Shown here: in pieces, positions 8,795 to 18,350 of the stretch | Layout: every line of letters starts with the position of its first letter | How positions within the stretch are numbered: position 1 is the first letter of the stretch | Source of the DNA: Bacteroidota bacterium | Lineage (GTDB): Bacteria; Bacteroidota; Ignavibacteria; Tepidaquicellales; Tepidaquicellaceae | DNA: 64,000 nt | Reading direction: 5' to 3' | Assembly (NCBI GenBank): GCA_036782875.1 | Contig: DAIPYG010000002.1 | Coordinates: 23,340-87,339 of the forward strand | Made by a program: the position numbers and the translations under genes | The notes under the pieces: generated by a model | Told to the model about the DNA's origin: nothing | Databases searched by the model: none | What the model saw: the letters and a program-made list of their open reading frames with translations, nothing else

Positions 8795-10395
8795 TTGTTT
8801 CCTGTTTGTTTAATTTGCGTTCTGAAATTTTTAATCTGATAAATTAAAAAAGGTATGCTGAAGTAAAGTATGAATTCAAGAATATAACTGTACCGGGTTA
8901 TTGATGTGCCTAATATGCTTATGAACAAAGCGTTCATCATAAACATAAATCCGAATATAAAAGGAATAAAGATTCCGGGATCTTTGAATTTTGTTTTTAT
9001 GACCATATATGCAGATAGTGCAAAATTCATTATGAAGATATATATCCATATAATATTTCTGAACAGATAATTACAAAATCTTTCATAGACTTCAAACATC
9101 TGTTTAAGCAAAGTATCCTGAAACAATACAGAGCCATCCGAATATTTAACATATTCAAATCTGCCATGATCATTTACCTGCATATTATAGAGTTCTATTA
9201 CTTCTGCAGCAGCTGTTTTGTCGGAATAAAACTGCTCCCAGTAATCATCTTCAAGGATCTTCACATAATAGTTATCTGCATATATTCTCTGATAAGATCT
9301 TGACAGCTGAGAAAAAAATTTCATTTCTTCGGAAATGTTATTCATGAACTGATATAAATTGCTGATCAAAATCCTTGCATAGACTGCAGGATTATTTATG
9401 ATCGCTTTTTTTGTGATCTGTGCAAGATACGGCTGAATATCCATGTATGTCAATGTGCTGTCTTCTTTCATTACGAAGCCTACAAACCTCCAGGATCTGA
9501 AAAGATTATCATTGAATATTCTGAACAACTTCTTAATTTCCTTTGGATCCTTAACATACGCTCTTTCTTTTTTGGGAATTGAATCAAGTGTAATTTTTAT
9601 TGCACTGTTGATTTCCGGGGGATAGTCAGGTGATTCCTCCATATACAGTATTGTCGTTGCAAAAAAGCTCAGGTCTCCAACCGGTGATATTGTAAATTTT
9701 TTTAATGTAAAATAATTATATGCGCACATTGATAATATTAAAACAGTCATTGGTAATATCAGACTTGTATATTTTCTGATGTCATATTTATTAATAATAA
9801 AAAAAACAAGTATGACAAATATTACGGGTATCAGGAACAGAGCTGCCGGTCTTATTATAATTAGAATCGCGGCAGTAACTGAGAATAATATCCAGTCTGA
9901 TGTCCTGTTATCTTTCAATGACCTCAAAAGATAAGAACAGTTGATCATTATAAAACTGACGAACAGGGATTCCGACAGAACAGAGAATTCAAGAACAAGA
10001 AAGAAAGTAGATGTAATAAATACCGAAATTGCAGCAGCAAAGTACAATGCTTCAGATGTATAATATCTGCAGATTGTCCGGTATAAAAATAATGCAGAAA
10101 ATAAAGCTATCAGACTCTGAAAAACATATGTCAGGATAAAGTTCTTTGAAATCAGAAATACAAAAGTTAAGAGGAAGGGATAACCTGGAGTTCTCATATC
10201 AAACAGAGGGAAACTCAGGTCAAGCATTTTTAATGCAATGGCACAGTAAGACGCACTGTCAGCTGAAATATCAACAACCGGATAGTAAAAGTAATACATC
10301 AGCCTTGTTAAAAGAAATACGGCAGTTATTACCGCAGATCCGGCAATAAACTTATTCTGATAATCATACTTATTTATTATTCCTGGATGTTCCAA
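8791..10395 (-). CDS. Polytopic membrane protein, GT-C (ArnT/PMT)-like candidate with a large hydrophilic insert
   Basis: 534 aa with many hydrophobic helices. The first-loop motif DISADSASY...MRTPGYPFLL resembles GT-C enzymes. A hydrophilic segment of about 190 aa (residues ~245-440) precedes the C-terminal helices. TTG start. Confidence 0.45.
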   Translation of the reverse strand: MEHPGIINKYDYQNKFIAGSAVITAVFLLTRLMYYFYYPVVDISADSASYCAIALKMLDLSFPLFDMRTPGYPFLLTFVFLISKNFILTYVFQSLIALFSALFLYRTICRYYTSEALYFAAAISVFITSTFFLVLEFSVLSESLFVSFIMINCSYLLRSLKDNRTSDWILFSVTAAILIIIRPAALFLIPVIFVILVFFIINKYDIRKYTSLILPMTVLILSMCAYNYFTLKKFTISPVGDLSFFATTILYMEESPDYPPEINSAIKITLDSIPKKERAYVKDPKEIKKLFRIFNDNLFRSWRFVGFVMKEDSTLTYMDIQPYLAQITKKAIINNPAVYARILISNLYQFMNNISEEMKFFSQLSRSYQRIYADNYYVKILEDDYWEQFYSDKTAAAEVIELYNMQVNDHGRFEYVKYSDGSVLFQDTLLKQMFEVYERFCNYLFRNIIWIYIFIMNFALSAYMVIKTKFKDPGIFIPFIFGFMFMMNALFISILGTSITRYSYILEFILYFSIPFLIYQIKNFRTQIKQTGNK

Positions 10396-10506
10396 AGCTA
10401 AATTCGGAATATGATTTTTACTGTCATATTATCCTGTGACATGCTTTTTGCTTAATTGCAAATTGCACTGTACAGAAAATTATGGATTATCTGAGCTGTA
10501 TTATAA

Positions 10507-11469
10507 TTAACTGTAATTATAATAATCTTTAAACCAGATTACAAATCTTTTTAAACCTTCTTCCAAAGATGTTTCCGGTTTATAATTAATGAACTTTGCC
10601 AGCTCTGATGAATCAGCAAACGTTTTCTTTACATCACCGGGCTGCATATCTCTGAAAACTTTAACAGCTTCCCTGCCCAGTTGCTTTTCAAGAAGTTCTA
10701 TAAAGTGAAGCAATCTGACTGGATGTTCTCCTCCTATGTTAAAGATCTTATATTCATTCTTTACTTCTTTTTTTATCAGTCTGAAAACAGATTCTGTTAC
10801 ATCATCTATAAATGTAAAGTCTCTTTCCATGTCACCGTTATTATAAACATTTATCGGGTTGCCTTTCATTATACTTTCAGAGAATTTATAATAAGCCATA
10901 TCAGGTCTTCCGTAAGGTCCGTACACTGTAAAAAATCTCAGTCCGATGACAGAGAAATTATAAAGATGCTGATATGTGTAAGCCATTAATTCATTTGACT
11001 TTTTTGTTGCTGCATACAGTGACACCGGATTGTCAACATTATCTTCTATTGAGGACGGTGTCTTGTTGTTATTCCCGTAGACAGAGCTCGATGAAGCATA
11101 TATCAGAGTCTTTACATCATAATTTTTACAGCATTCCAGAAGATTAAAAAAAGCACTTATATTATTCCTGATGCTTACTTCCGGATTTGTGATCGAATAC
11201 CTTACTCCTGGCTGCGCAGCAAGATTGACTACATACCCGGGCTTCTCTTTCTCAAAATACTTTTCCAGCTCTGCCTTTTCAGCCATATCTGTTTTTGAAA
11301 AAAAGAAGTTCTTAAATTCTTTTAAAATATTAAGACGGGACTCTTTTAATGTAACGTCATAATATGAATTCAGATTATCTATTCCTGTTACTGCATAGCC
11401 TTCTTCGCAAAGTCTTCTGCATAAATGAAATCCTATGAATCCCGCTGCTCCTGTTACTGATATTTTCAA
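10507..11469 (-). CDS. Extended SDR, UDP-glucuronate 4-epimerase-like
   Basis: 320 aa with TGAAGFIG, SSSSVYG and the catalytic YAATK. DNLNSYYDVTLKESRL is typical of uronate 4-epimerases. TTG at 11469 is the only start that keeps the Rossmann motif, because an in-frame stop lies 5 codons upstream. Confidence 0.8.
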   Translation of the reverse strand: MKISVTGAAGFIGFHLCRRLCEEGYAVTGIDNLNSYYDVTLKESRLNILKEFKNFFFSKTDMAEKAELEKYFEKEKPGYVVNLAAQPGVRYSITNPEVSIRNNISAFFNLLECCKNYDVKTLIYASSSSVYGNNNKTPSSIEDNVDNPVSLYAATKKSNELMAYTYQHLYNFSVIGLRFFTVYGPYGRPDMAYYKFSESIMKGNPINVYNNGDMERDFTFIDDVTESVFRLIKKEVKNEYKIFNIGGEHPVRLLHFIELLEKQLGREAVKVFRDMQPGDVKKTFADSSELAKFINYKPETSLEEGLKRFVIWFKDYYNYS

Positions 11470-11494
11470 ATTTCTGATTGTTTAATCTTTTAAA

Positions 11495-12148
11495 TTATTT
11501 TTTGATTTCTTTATACATCTCAAGTGAATTTCCGGTAAGCTTTGATTTAATCCATCCGTTTCTTTCATAAGCTTTTATTGCTTTATCATTGTCATTTCTG
11601 ACCGTCAGATTAATTAAATTAAAATTCATTTCCTTCGACCTGTTCTCAAATTCCTGAAGAAGAACCGACCCGTATCCTTTACCCTGAAATTCCTTTGAAA
11701 CTCCGATCACTACAAGTCCGACAGACGGCACAGGCAATACTTTCGGTTTACTATTCTGAACTTTGATCACTGATTTTTTTTTCTTTATAAATCTGTTTCT
11801 TATATTTTTTTTAATAAGAGAATATTTCGAAGTGACTTCCTTATGAAAAAGAAGCCAGGGTCTGATCATAATTGCAAGGACTGCTGCATTGAAGCTGTAC
11901 TGTATCATTCCGCTTGCAGATCCGCTTGGCTGTGTACCGTCATGAATCATTCCGCCGCAGTATCCCGCGCATTTGCCGTTTTCTTCAATGTGAAATAAGA
12001 ATCTTTTGTCATCTGTAAGATACCATTCGATCATTTTTTTTAAATAATTCTGTCCCATCTTTGTACTGAGTGAATCCGGAAAAGCCGACCTGTGACACTC
12101 TGCGATTTTCTCAAGATCAGATTTCTTTGAATTTATAATTCCGGACAT
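11495..12148 (-). CDS. GNAT-family N-acetyltransferase
   Basis: 217 aa with acetyl-CoA motif QGKGYGSVLL in the C-terminal half. Confidence 0.7.
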   Translation of the reverse strand: MSGIINSKKSDLEKIAECHRSAFPDSLSTKMGQNYLKKMIEWYLTDDKRFLFHIEENGKCAGYCGGMIHDGTQPSGSASGMIQYSFNAAVLAIMIRPWLLFHKEVTSKYSLIKKNIRNRFIKKKKSVIKVQNSKPKVLPVPSVGLVVIGVSKEFQGKGYGSVLLQEFENRSKEMNFNLINLTVRNDNDKAIKAYERNGWIKSKLTGNSLEMYKEIKK

Positions 12149-12154
12149 TATGGT

Positions 12155-13345
12155 CTATTTGGAAAGTGAAATTAGTTTACAGGAAAACTCGTCTATAAGC
12201 ATGTTTCTGTCAAATTTTTCTTCTGCCAGCTTTCGCCCTCTTTCTGACATTTCATTTCTTAATGAAACTGAGTTTTTGATTTTTATAATGTTCTCCTTAA
12301 GCGAATCATAATCTCTCGGTTTTGACACGAGACCAACTTTGTATTCACTGATGATCTTTGCGCCTTCACCTGAACCCGAAAATAGTACAGGCAGACCTGC
12401 GGCCATTGACTCATAAATTTTTGACGGGACGGCTCCGTAAATATTATTTACTAAAGGTATTATCGTACAGTAAAATCCTGACAGCAAATCTGGGATCTCT
12501 TCCCTGCTTACACTTTCATGCAGATAGAAATTCCTGTATCCATTATCCTTCAAATAACTTTCAAGCTTTTGTCTTTCTGCACCTTCCCCGTAAATATGAA
12601 ACTCGCTTCCGAGCTCTCTGAAATCTATATTCTTCGCGATATCAAATATCCCCTGGGCTACTCCGAGAAGTCCTGCATATATGATCTTTATGTTTCCGTC
12701 TGATACGGAAGCTGATCTGCTTTTGGTAAATCTCCTGACATCCACTCCGTTTCTGAATAAATAGACTCTTTCACATCCGCTGCTTTTTATATGAGCAACA
12801 ATCTCTTCTGACTGTCCGGAGCAAAGATATGATTTCTTATATAGAAATTTTTCAAATCTCTCCAGTTGCCTGTACAGAAATCCGTCACTGATCACTCCAA
12901 GTTCCTTCGCAGATAATGGCCATACATCAGAGACATTCATTATCAGTCTGGATCCTGTCATCATTGATAAAAGATATCCGCTGAATGCCAGTGTCAGTGG
13001 CGGGCTCTCGGCAAATATAAAATCAGGCTTAAATTTTTTTATGAAACTCCGGCTGAATAAACATGTAATTGAAAATGACAGCATTGATATTATTCTGGGA
13101 ATGCTCTTTGCCGCAATTGATGCATACATCCAGTATCTTAAAACTTTTATACCCTGTACATTTTCCTCTGTACTGAATTTACCTTTGTATTCACTAAAGA
13201 TCTTTCCTTTCGGATAATTCGGCATTGCAGTGACTACAGATACTTCCCATCCTTTTTCCAAAAATATCTTTGACAACTCAAGAAGCCTGTTTTGAGGAGC
13301 ACCCATCTCGGGATAAAAATACTGACTTAATATTACAAGCTTCAA
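12155..13345 (-). CDS. Glycosyltransferase family 4 (WbuB/WcaI-like)
   Basis: 396 aa. N-terminus MKLVILSQYFYPEMGAPQNRL and C-terminal PSKIYESMAAGLPVL. TTG start. Confidence 0.8.
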   Translation of the reverse strand: MKLVILSQYFYPEMGAPQNRLLELSKIFLEKGWEVSVVTAMPNYPKGKIFSEYKGKFSTEENVQGIKVLRYWMYASIAAKSIPRIISMLSFSITCLFSRSFIKKFKPDFIFAESPPLTLAFSGYLLSMMTGSRLIMNVSDVWPLSAKELGVISDGFLYRQLERFEKFLYKKSYLCSGQSEEIVAHIKSSGCERVYLFRNGVDVRRFTKSRSASVSDGNIKIIYAGLLGVAQGIFDIAKNIDFRELGSEFHIYGEGAERQKLESYLKDNGYRNFYLHESVSREEIPDLLSGFYCTIIPLVNNIYGAVPSKIYESMAAGLPVLFSGSGEGAKIISEYKVGLVSKPRDYDSLKENIIKIKNSVSLRNEMSERGRKLAEEKFDRNMLIDEFSCKLISLSK

Positions 13346-13376
13346 ATTTTTTCAGAAAATTTCAAATTGCGTCCTT

Positions 13377-14678
13377 TCATTTTATGTGAGAATGAAAATG
13401 CTTCATCTTTCCGGCTTTAGTGCGCTCGATCCTGTCCACTCTCCGGATCTCAAATTTCAGTCCAGGCTCAAGGTAAGTATCCATCTTATTCTGTAATTTT
13501 GATTTATCCTTTTCAGAAATATCTTCATCAGATACTATTTCAAAAATAAATTTATCCGGCTCTGTCTGCTTGATAATAAATTCTTTGAGACTGCCGATAT
13601 TCTCCAGAATACTTCTGGTTATGAAATAAAATGTAACTCCCGATGATTTTTTCCCGCTTGGAAGAATTACAAGATCATTTACACCTCCGAGTAATTTCTT
13701 AATTACAATCTCATTACTGCCCGGTTCTATTACTGCCTTATCTCCAATCTCATAACGGATGAAAGGCATTGCCTTATTGTGAAGTGCTGTGAGAAGTATC
13801 CTTCCTTCACCACCTCCTGTCAGCCGCTTTCCATCTTCATCAAGCACTTCAATGAATATATTTTCGCTGGAAAGCTGCCACCTTCCGCTGAGATCTTCAA
13901 ATGCTATCAGGTCAACTTCCGAAGTGCCGTATTCATTTACAGCCGGAACTCCGAATGCCTGTTCAATTATTAATTTATCTTCATCCGCACAGTTTTCGGA
14001 AGTTGCTATGCAGATTTTCATAGTAGGACAAACGTTTTTTAGTATTACCTTTCTCTTTATCAGATAACGGGCAAATAATACAATCGAATTCGTATACCCG
14101 TATACATAATCAAACGAAGTTGTTTTGAATTTTCCGAGAAAGACCTCAAGCATTTCATCTGACAAGTCAAATACAGGAAACCTTACACGGTTGGATAATG
14201 CATCTTTTGTTTTTTCAATAATATAATCCAAACGTTCAAATGGGATACCGTAAAATCTTGCCTGCTTTGAATTGAGTGTCAAACCGAAATTTTTATAGCG
14301 GTTCTTTATAAGTGCCCAGGTCATCGCGTGAGCGGATTTATCTTTTGCGTAATTAAACGGATGTCCGGAAGATCCTGAAGTATAGCCGGTATAAAGATCT
14401 TTTTTGTTGAATGTATCAGATATTAATTTCACATTGGAATTCTGAAAATCGCTTTTAGTCAATACAGGAAGTTCTTCCCAGCTATCCGGAATTTTTCCAG
14501 CGGTCTTGTTTTTGTAAAACTCATTATTGAGGATATGATATTTTACAATCTCCCACTTTTTCTTTATATGCCACTCTTTGAATTCCTCATTATTTAAGCT
14601 CTGAATCCTGCTCAATTCCTTTTCAGCTTGTGCAAGAGGAAATCCTTTTAACTTCAGACTTAATTCAAGAAAGGACAT
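13377..14678 (-). CDS. Adenylate-forming enzyme, phenylacetate-CoA ligase / F390 synthetase family ('CapK'-type)
   Basis: 433 aa with AMP-binding motif YTSGSSGHPF. Size and layout match COG1541-type proteins seen in capsule loci. Confidence 0.7.
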   Translation of the reverse strand: MSFLELSLKLKGFPLAQAEKELSRIQSLNNEEFKEWHIKKKWEIVKYHILNNEFYKNKTAGKIPDSWEELPVLTKSDFQNSNVKLISDTFNKKDLYTGYTSGSSGHPFNYAKDKSAHAMTWALIKNRYKNFGLTLNSKQARFYGIPFERLDYIIEKTKDALSNRVRFPVFDLSDEMLEVFLGKFKTTSFDYVYGYTNSIVLFARYLIKRKVILKNVCPTMKICIATSENCADEDKLIIEQAFGVPAVNEYGTSEVDLIAFEDLSGRWQLSSENIFIEVLDEDGKRLTGGGEGRILLTALHNKAMPFIRYEIGDKAVIEPGSNEIVIKKLLGGVNDLVILPSGKKSSGVTFYFITRSILENIGSLKEFIIKQTEPDKFIFEIVSDEDISEKDKSKLQNKMDTYLEPGLKFEIRRVDRIERTKAGKMKHFHSHIK

Positions 14679-14689
14679 TCAAAAATTAA

Positions 14690-15712
14690 TTAATTATTTT
14701 TGATCAAAGGATCTATCACGGCAAACCATTTTTTACTCACTACATTCCAGTCAAAGTCTTCAACTTTTTTTCTTGCATTCAATGTAAGCGTTGAAACCAA
14801 GGTTGGATCAGATATTAAAGTTTCTATTGCATTGACAAATTTATCTGGATCTTTCGGATTTAAAAGAATACCATCAGTATTATTTTCCACAAGATAAGGC
14901 AGTCCTCCTACATTGGTCGATATTACAGGAAGCCCGACTGCCATGACTTCTATGACGCTTACAGGATGATTATCAAAGTCAGTTGTATTAATGAATATAT
15001 CATATTCTTTTGACAGTTCGATCCATTCTTTTTTTGACAGCTTACCCGTAATCCTCAGAGAATCAGTCAGATTTTCTTTTTCAGCTTTGTCTGTAACTTT
15101 ATTCAGACTGCCGTCCTTATCAGGTCCTACCATGCACAATACAGCTTCCGGATATTTTACTTTTAACTTCTTTAATATTTCAACAGCAAGTAATGGATTG
15201 TAAATTTCATGAAACGATCTTACCCAGAATAATCTTGGCTTTACAACTTCTCTGCGCTTAAACTGATAATTTTCTATTGGAATAAAATTCGGTATATAAT
15301 CCACCTTGAATCCTTCATCTTCAAAATGCTTTTTTAAATAAAATGAAGGGGAAATATTTTTGAATGAATTGCTGAAAATAAATCTGCAGAGTCCGGGAGA
15401 TTGCTTTAGTCTTTCCGGATAACCTCCGCCTCTCAATATCGGTACATATGGTATATTATAAAAGAGACAGATTTTCGAAAGTAAGTAGGTATACCAGAAT
15501 GCCTTCACACTGTAAGAATCGATAAGCACAAGATCAAGATGTTTCCTGTTTCTGAAAACAGATCTGACCATATCATAAAGCCGGAGCAGTTTATTTTCTT
15601 TTTCCGAAACTGCTGTGATTTTATAATACTCTGAAAGTTTTGGTGTTAAAGTTTCTATGAAGGTTGGAGTGTAGCCGAATCTGGAAAGTATATTCCCGGC
15701 ATAAAGGATCAT
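14690..15712 (-). CDS. Glycosyltransferase family 4
   Basis: Motif NHPVSVIEVMAVGLPVISTNVGGLPYLV. I moved the start from the track's 15820 to ATG 15712 (MILYAGN...), which forms an ATGA overlap with the upstream stop at 15709-15711. Confidence 0.8.
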   Translation of the reverse strand: MILYAGNILSRFGYTPTFIETLTPKLSEYYKITAVSEKENKLLRLYDMVRSVFRNRKHLDLVLIDSYSVKAFWYTYLLSKICLFYNIPYVPILRGGGYPERLKQSPGLCRFIFSNSFKNISPSFYLKKHFEDEGFKVDYIPNFIPIENYQFKRREVVKPRLFWVRSFHEIYNPLLAVEILKKLKVKYPEAVLCMVGPDKDGSLNKVTDKAEKENLTDSLRITGKLSKKEWIELSKEYDIFINTTDFDNHPVSVIEVMAVGLPVISTNVGGLPYLVENNTDGILLNPKDPDKFVNAIETLISDPTLVSTLTLNARKKVEDFDWNVVSKKWFAVIDPLIKNN

Positions 15713-17049
15713 ACTCTGGGTTTTCTGATAATAGAAATAAATGCCAGACCGTAAACAAAACCCGGAGCTGCTATTCTCATTGCCGCATGTCCTAATGTAA
15801 CATAAGTAAAGCAAAGACACATTATCATAAATATCTTATCGTCTATTGATTTCAGATTAAAAAAACTCTGTACAGGAAATAACATCATTATAAGAATTGC
15901 AATAACTCCGAAGAGTCCGTGTTCAGCCAGCATTCTCGAATATTCAATATGAGCTGCAGCATCTATTCCGGATTTTTCAGCTCTTACCTGGTGAGACATT
16001 CCGGGTCCGACACCGGTCAGAACATTATCCTTGAATACATCAATATCAGCCATAAATATTTCGTCCCGCCCGCTGAGTAAATTGCTCTTGTCCGCATTAT
16101 ACATTGATTCCCCTTTAAATCTCATTTCAAGAAGTCCACCGCTTACATCATTGACATAATTAAATCCCAAAAAGGCGAGAACAAAAATTACAAGAAATGC
16201 ATATACAACCTTTCCAATTCTTACGCTGAAGCTGCTGTCTGTAAGAGTCATTATAATTATGCATAATAAAATAGAAACCATAGGTGCAAGCATTCCCCCT
16301 CTGGAGAAAGTTGCCAGACCTCTTATCAGAAATCCAACCAGTAAAAGTATATTGACAAATTTTAATTTGAACAGACGGATATTCAGAAAGTAAGCTATTG
16401 CGATTATCAGTATGCCTAATCCGAAAACCGTAGAGACCTGATTAGGACCGAATCCCCCGCTTGCGTCAAAATTTGATTCGGTAGTAAACTGCACTTCTTC
16501 CAGTGACCCGGATTTAAAATAAACAAATATTGACATTGCTGCGATCGGATAAAGCATTGCAAGCAGCAATTTTCTTAACTGCACCGGATTCAGTCTTCTT
16601 TTATAAAAATAAATTGTTGAAACTCCGAGGCAAAGAGGACCGGACAGATTAAATGATACCATTTGTCTTGACAGGTCAAAAGTTCCGAAATCCGCGCTGG
16701 GTATGGAAGGAATAAACATCAGCAGGAAAAACAGAAAGATATACGGAAGTTTCTTTCTCTTTGACTCAACAAGAAATCCCGTTATGAGAAGAAATATAAC
16801 TGCATACTTTCCGTATTCATATCCGAATCCACCCGAATTCATTCTGAATAAAACTTCTATACCAACGACATAAGCAGCGAAATAATGCGCTGCACCGTCA
16901 GCATTCTTATTGGCGAGTATTTTATAAATTCCAACTAACACAATTATTATAGAATACCCGGTGCTTAGCTTTGAATTCAGAAGCATCACCATTGCAAGCG
17001 CAATGTTGATTACTAAATATATTTCGGCTTTATATGGAGATCTTTTCAA
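15709..17049 (-). CDS. O-antigen ligase/polymerase family membrane protein (Wzy_C domain)
   Basis: 446 aa with at least 10 hydrophobic helices. It has the FSRGGMLAP motif and a larger loop before the last helices. I cannot distinguish a polymerase from a WaaL-type ligase. TTG start. Confidence 0.7.
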   Translation of the reverse strand: MKRSPYKAEIYLVINIALAMVMLLNSKLSTGYSIIIVLVGIYKILANKNADGAAHYFAAYVVGIEVLFRMNSGGFGYEYGKYAVIFLLITGFLVESKRKKLPYIFLFFLLMFIPSIPSADFGTFDLSRQMVSFNLSGPLCLGVSTIYFYKRRLNPVQLRKLLLAMLYPIAAMSIFVYFKSGSLEEVQFTTESNFDASGGFGPNQVSTVFGLGILIIAIAYFLNIRLFKLKFVNILLLVGFLIRGLATFSRGGMLAPMVSILLCIIIMTLTDSSFSVRIGKVVYAFLVIFVLAFLGFNYVNDVSGGLLEMRFKGESMYNADKSNLLSGRDEIFMADIDVFKDNVLTGVGPGMSHQVRAEKSGIDAAAHIEYSRMLAEHGLFGVIAILIMMLFPVQSFFNLKSIDDKIFMIMCLCFTYVTLGHAAMRIAAPGFVYGLAFISIIRKPRV

Positions 17050-17228
17050 TATATTATTACGATCTTAATAAATTAACAGAATTATCTGTGTTTCTTTTAT
17101 TTTTGTTTGTTCTGAAAATAGTCATATATTTAAAATAAATTAAGCACAATAAATTTACTGAAGGATTAAACTGAATTTTGATTTATAATTACTTTATTAT
17201 GTTAATATGATCTTTGCAGGAATTAATT

Positions 17229-18350
17229 TTATTCAGCTAATAATATTTTATTCTTAAGGTTATTGATATAATTTTCAAATGTGAACAGTTCAGCAACTTT
17301 TAAACAATGCAGAGACATTTCCTTTAATCTGAACCTGTCATTCAAAGCAAGATCTATTTTTTCAGCTATCTCATCAGAATTAATTTTCTTCAACAGATAT
17401 CCGTTAGTGTCATTGAAATACTGTCCTATCGATGACACATCAGATACTACTGGAATGCATCCGTAAGCAGCAGCTTCAGCTATCACTTTTGGAAAGCCCT
17501 CTGACTGGCTGGGAAGTATTATTAAATGTGATTGCTCATATACCTTTTCAAGTTCCGCACTGCCCAGTAGTCCTCTGAAAGAAATATTCATGTTTATTTC
17601 AGATGCTTCTTGTTCATATTTTTTTCTGCCTGCTCCGTCTCCTGCGAAAATAACTTCCCTGATATCTTCTTTACTCTTAAGTTTTTTCAATGCTTCCAGC
17701 AATATATCCACTCCTTTATTTTTTGTAAGTGTTCCTGCAAAACATAAGGTCAGCTTGTTCTCAAAATTTTTATTAACGGATATTTTTTTTGCTCTTTGAA
17801 GCTGTTCATTATCCAGACAGGGATTCTGAAAATTCAGTATATGTTCTTTTTGACCTTCCCAATGACCGTTGATAGTGACTTTTGATCTCTGAAAATTATT
17901 CTCAAGCCACCATTTCTGGATCCGGTATGACAAAGGCGGAGATTCCATCTTCCAGTTGCCTGCATATTTGACCCACCTCCTGGGTGTTTTGCGAATGCTT
18001 AAATACGGAAGTACATAAAGTCCCATTGAAGTAGGAGCTCTGAACTGTACCCAGTCTACTTTATCAAGCACAGGTTTTATTTTTTTCAGATTGGAGAAAG
18101 CTGTTGATATTATTGTAAACTTATCTCCAAGGCTTTCACCTCCGTATGGTTTTAAAGGAATAAAATTAATTCTATCGCTGTCATAACTTAAGGAACTTTC
18201 CGGTGAAGGCTCTTTATGAAGAGGCGCAATGTGAAATATTTCATCAAATAATCCTGTAAGATTATTTATTTCCCTTATTGTCGGTCCCCAACCGGAGATT
18301 TTATTTTCTTTAATATAATGCGGAGTATGAGAAATAATTGCAAGCTTCAT
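17229..18350 (-). CDS. Glycosyltransferase family 4
   Basis: Motif SQSEGFPKVIAEAAAYGCIPVVSDVSS. The track ORF starts at ATG 18365. ATG 18350 (MKLAIISHTPHY) forms an ATGA overlap with the upstream stop and is preferred. Confidence 0.8.
   Translation of the reverse strand: MKLAIISHTPHYIKENKISGWGPTIREINNLTGLFDEIFHIAPLHKEPSPESSLSYDSDRINFIPLKPYGGESLGDKFTIISTAFSNLKKIKPVLDKVDWVQFRAPTSMGLYVLPYLSIRKTPRRWVKYAGNWKMESPPLSYRIQKWWLENNFQRSKVTINGHWEGQKEHILNFQNPCLDNEQLQRAKKISVNKNFENKLTLCFAGTLTKNKGVDILLEALKKLKSKEDIREVIFAGDGAGRKKYEQEASEINMNISFRGLLGSAELEKVYEQSHLIILPSQSEGFPKVIAEAAAYGCIPVVSDVSSIGQYFNDTNGYLLKKINSDEIAEKIDLALNDRFRLKEMSLHCLKVAELFTFENYINNLKNKILLAE

Noticed and set aside
10453-10470. Short palindrome/direct repeat AATTGCAAATTGCA in the 111-bp gap upstream of the epimerase-like gene
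   Set aside because: It is only 11-14 bp and occurs once. It could be an operator, but there is no supporting context.
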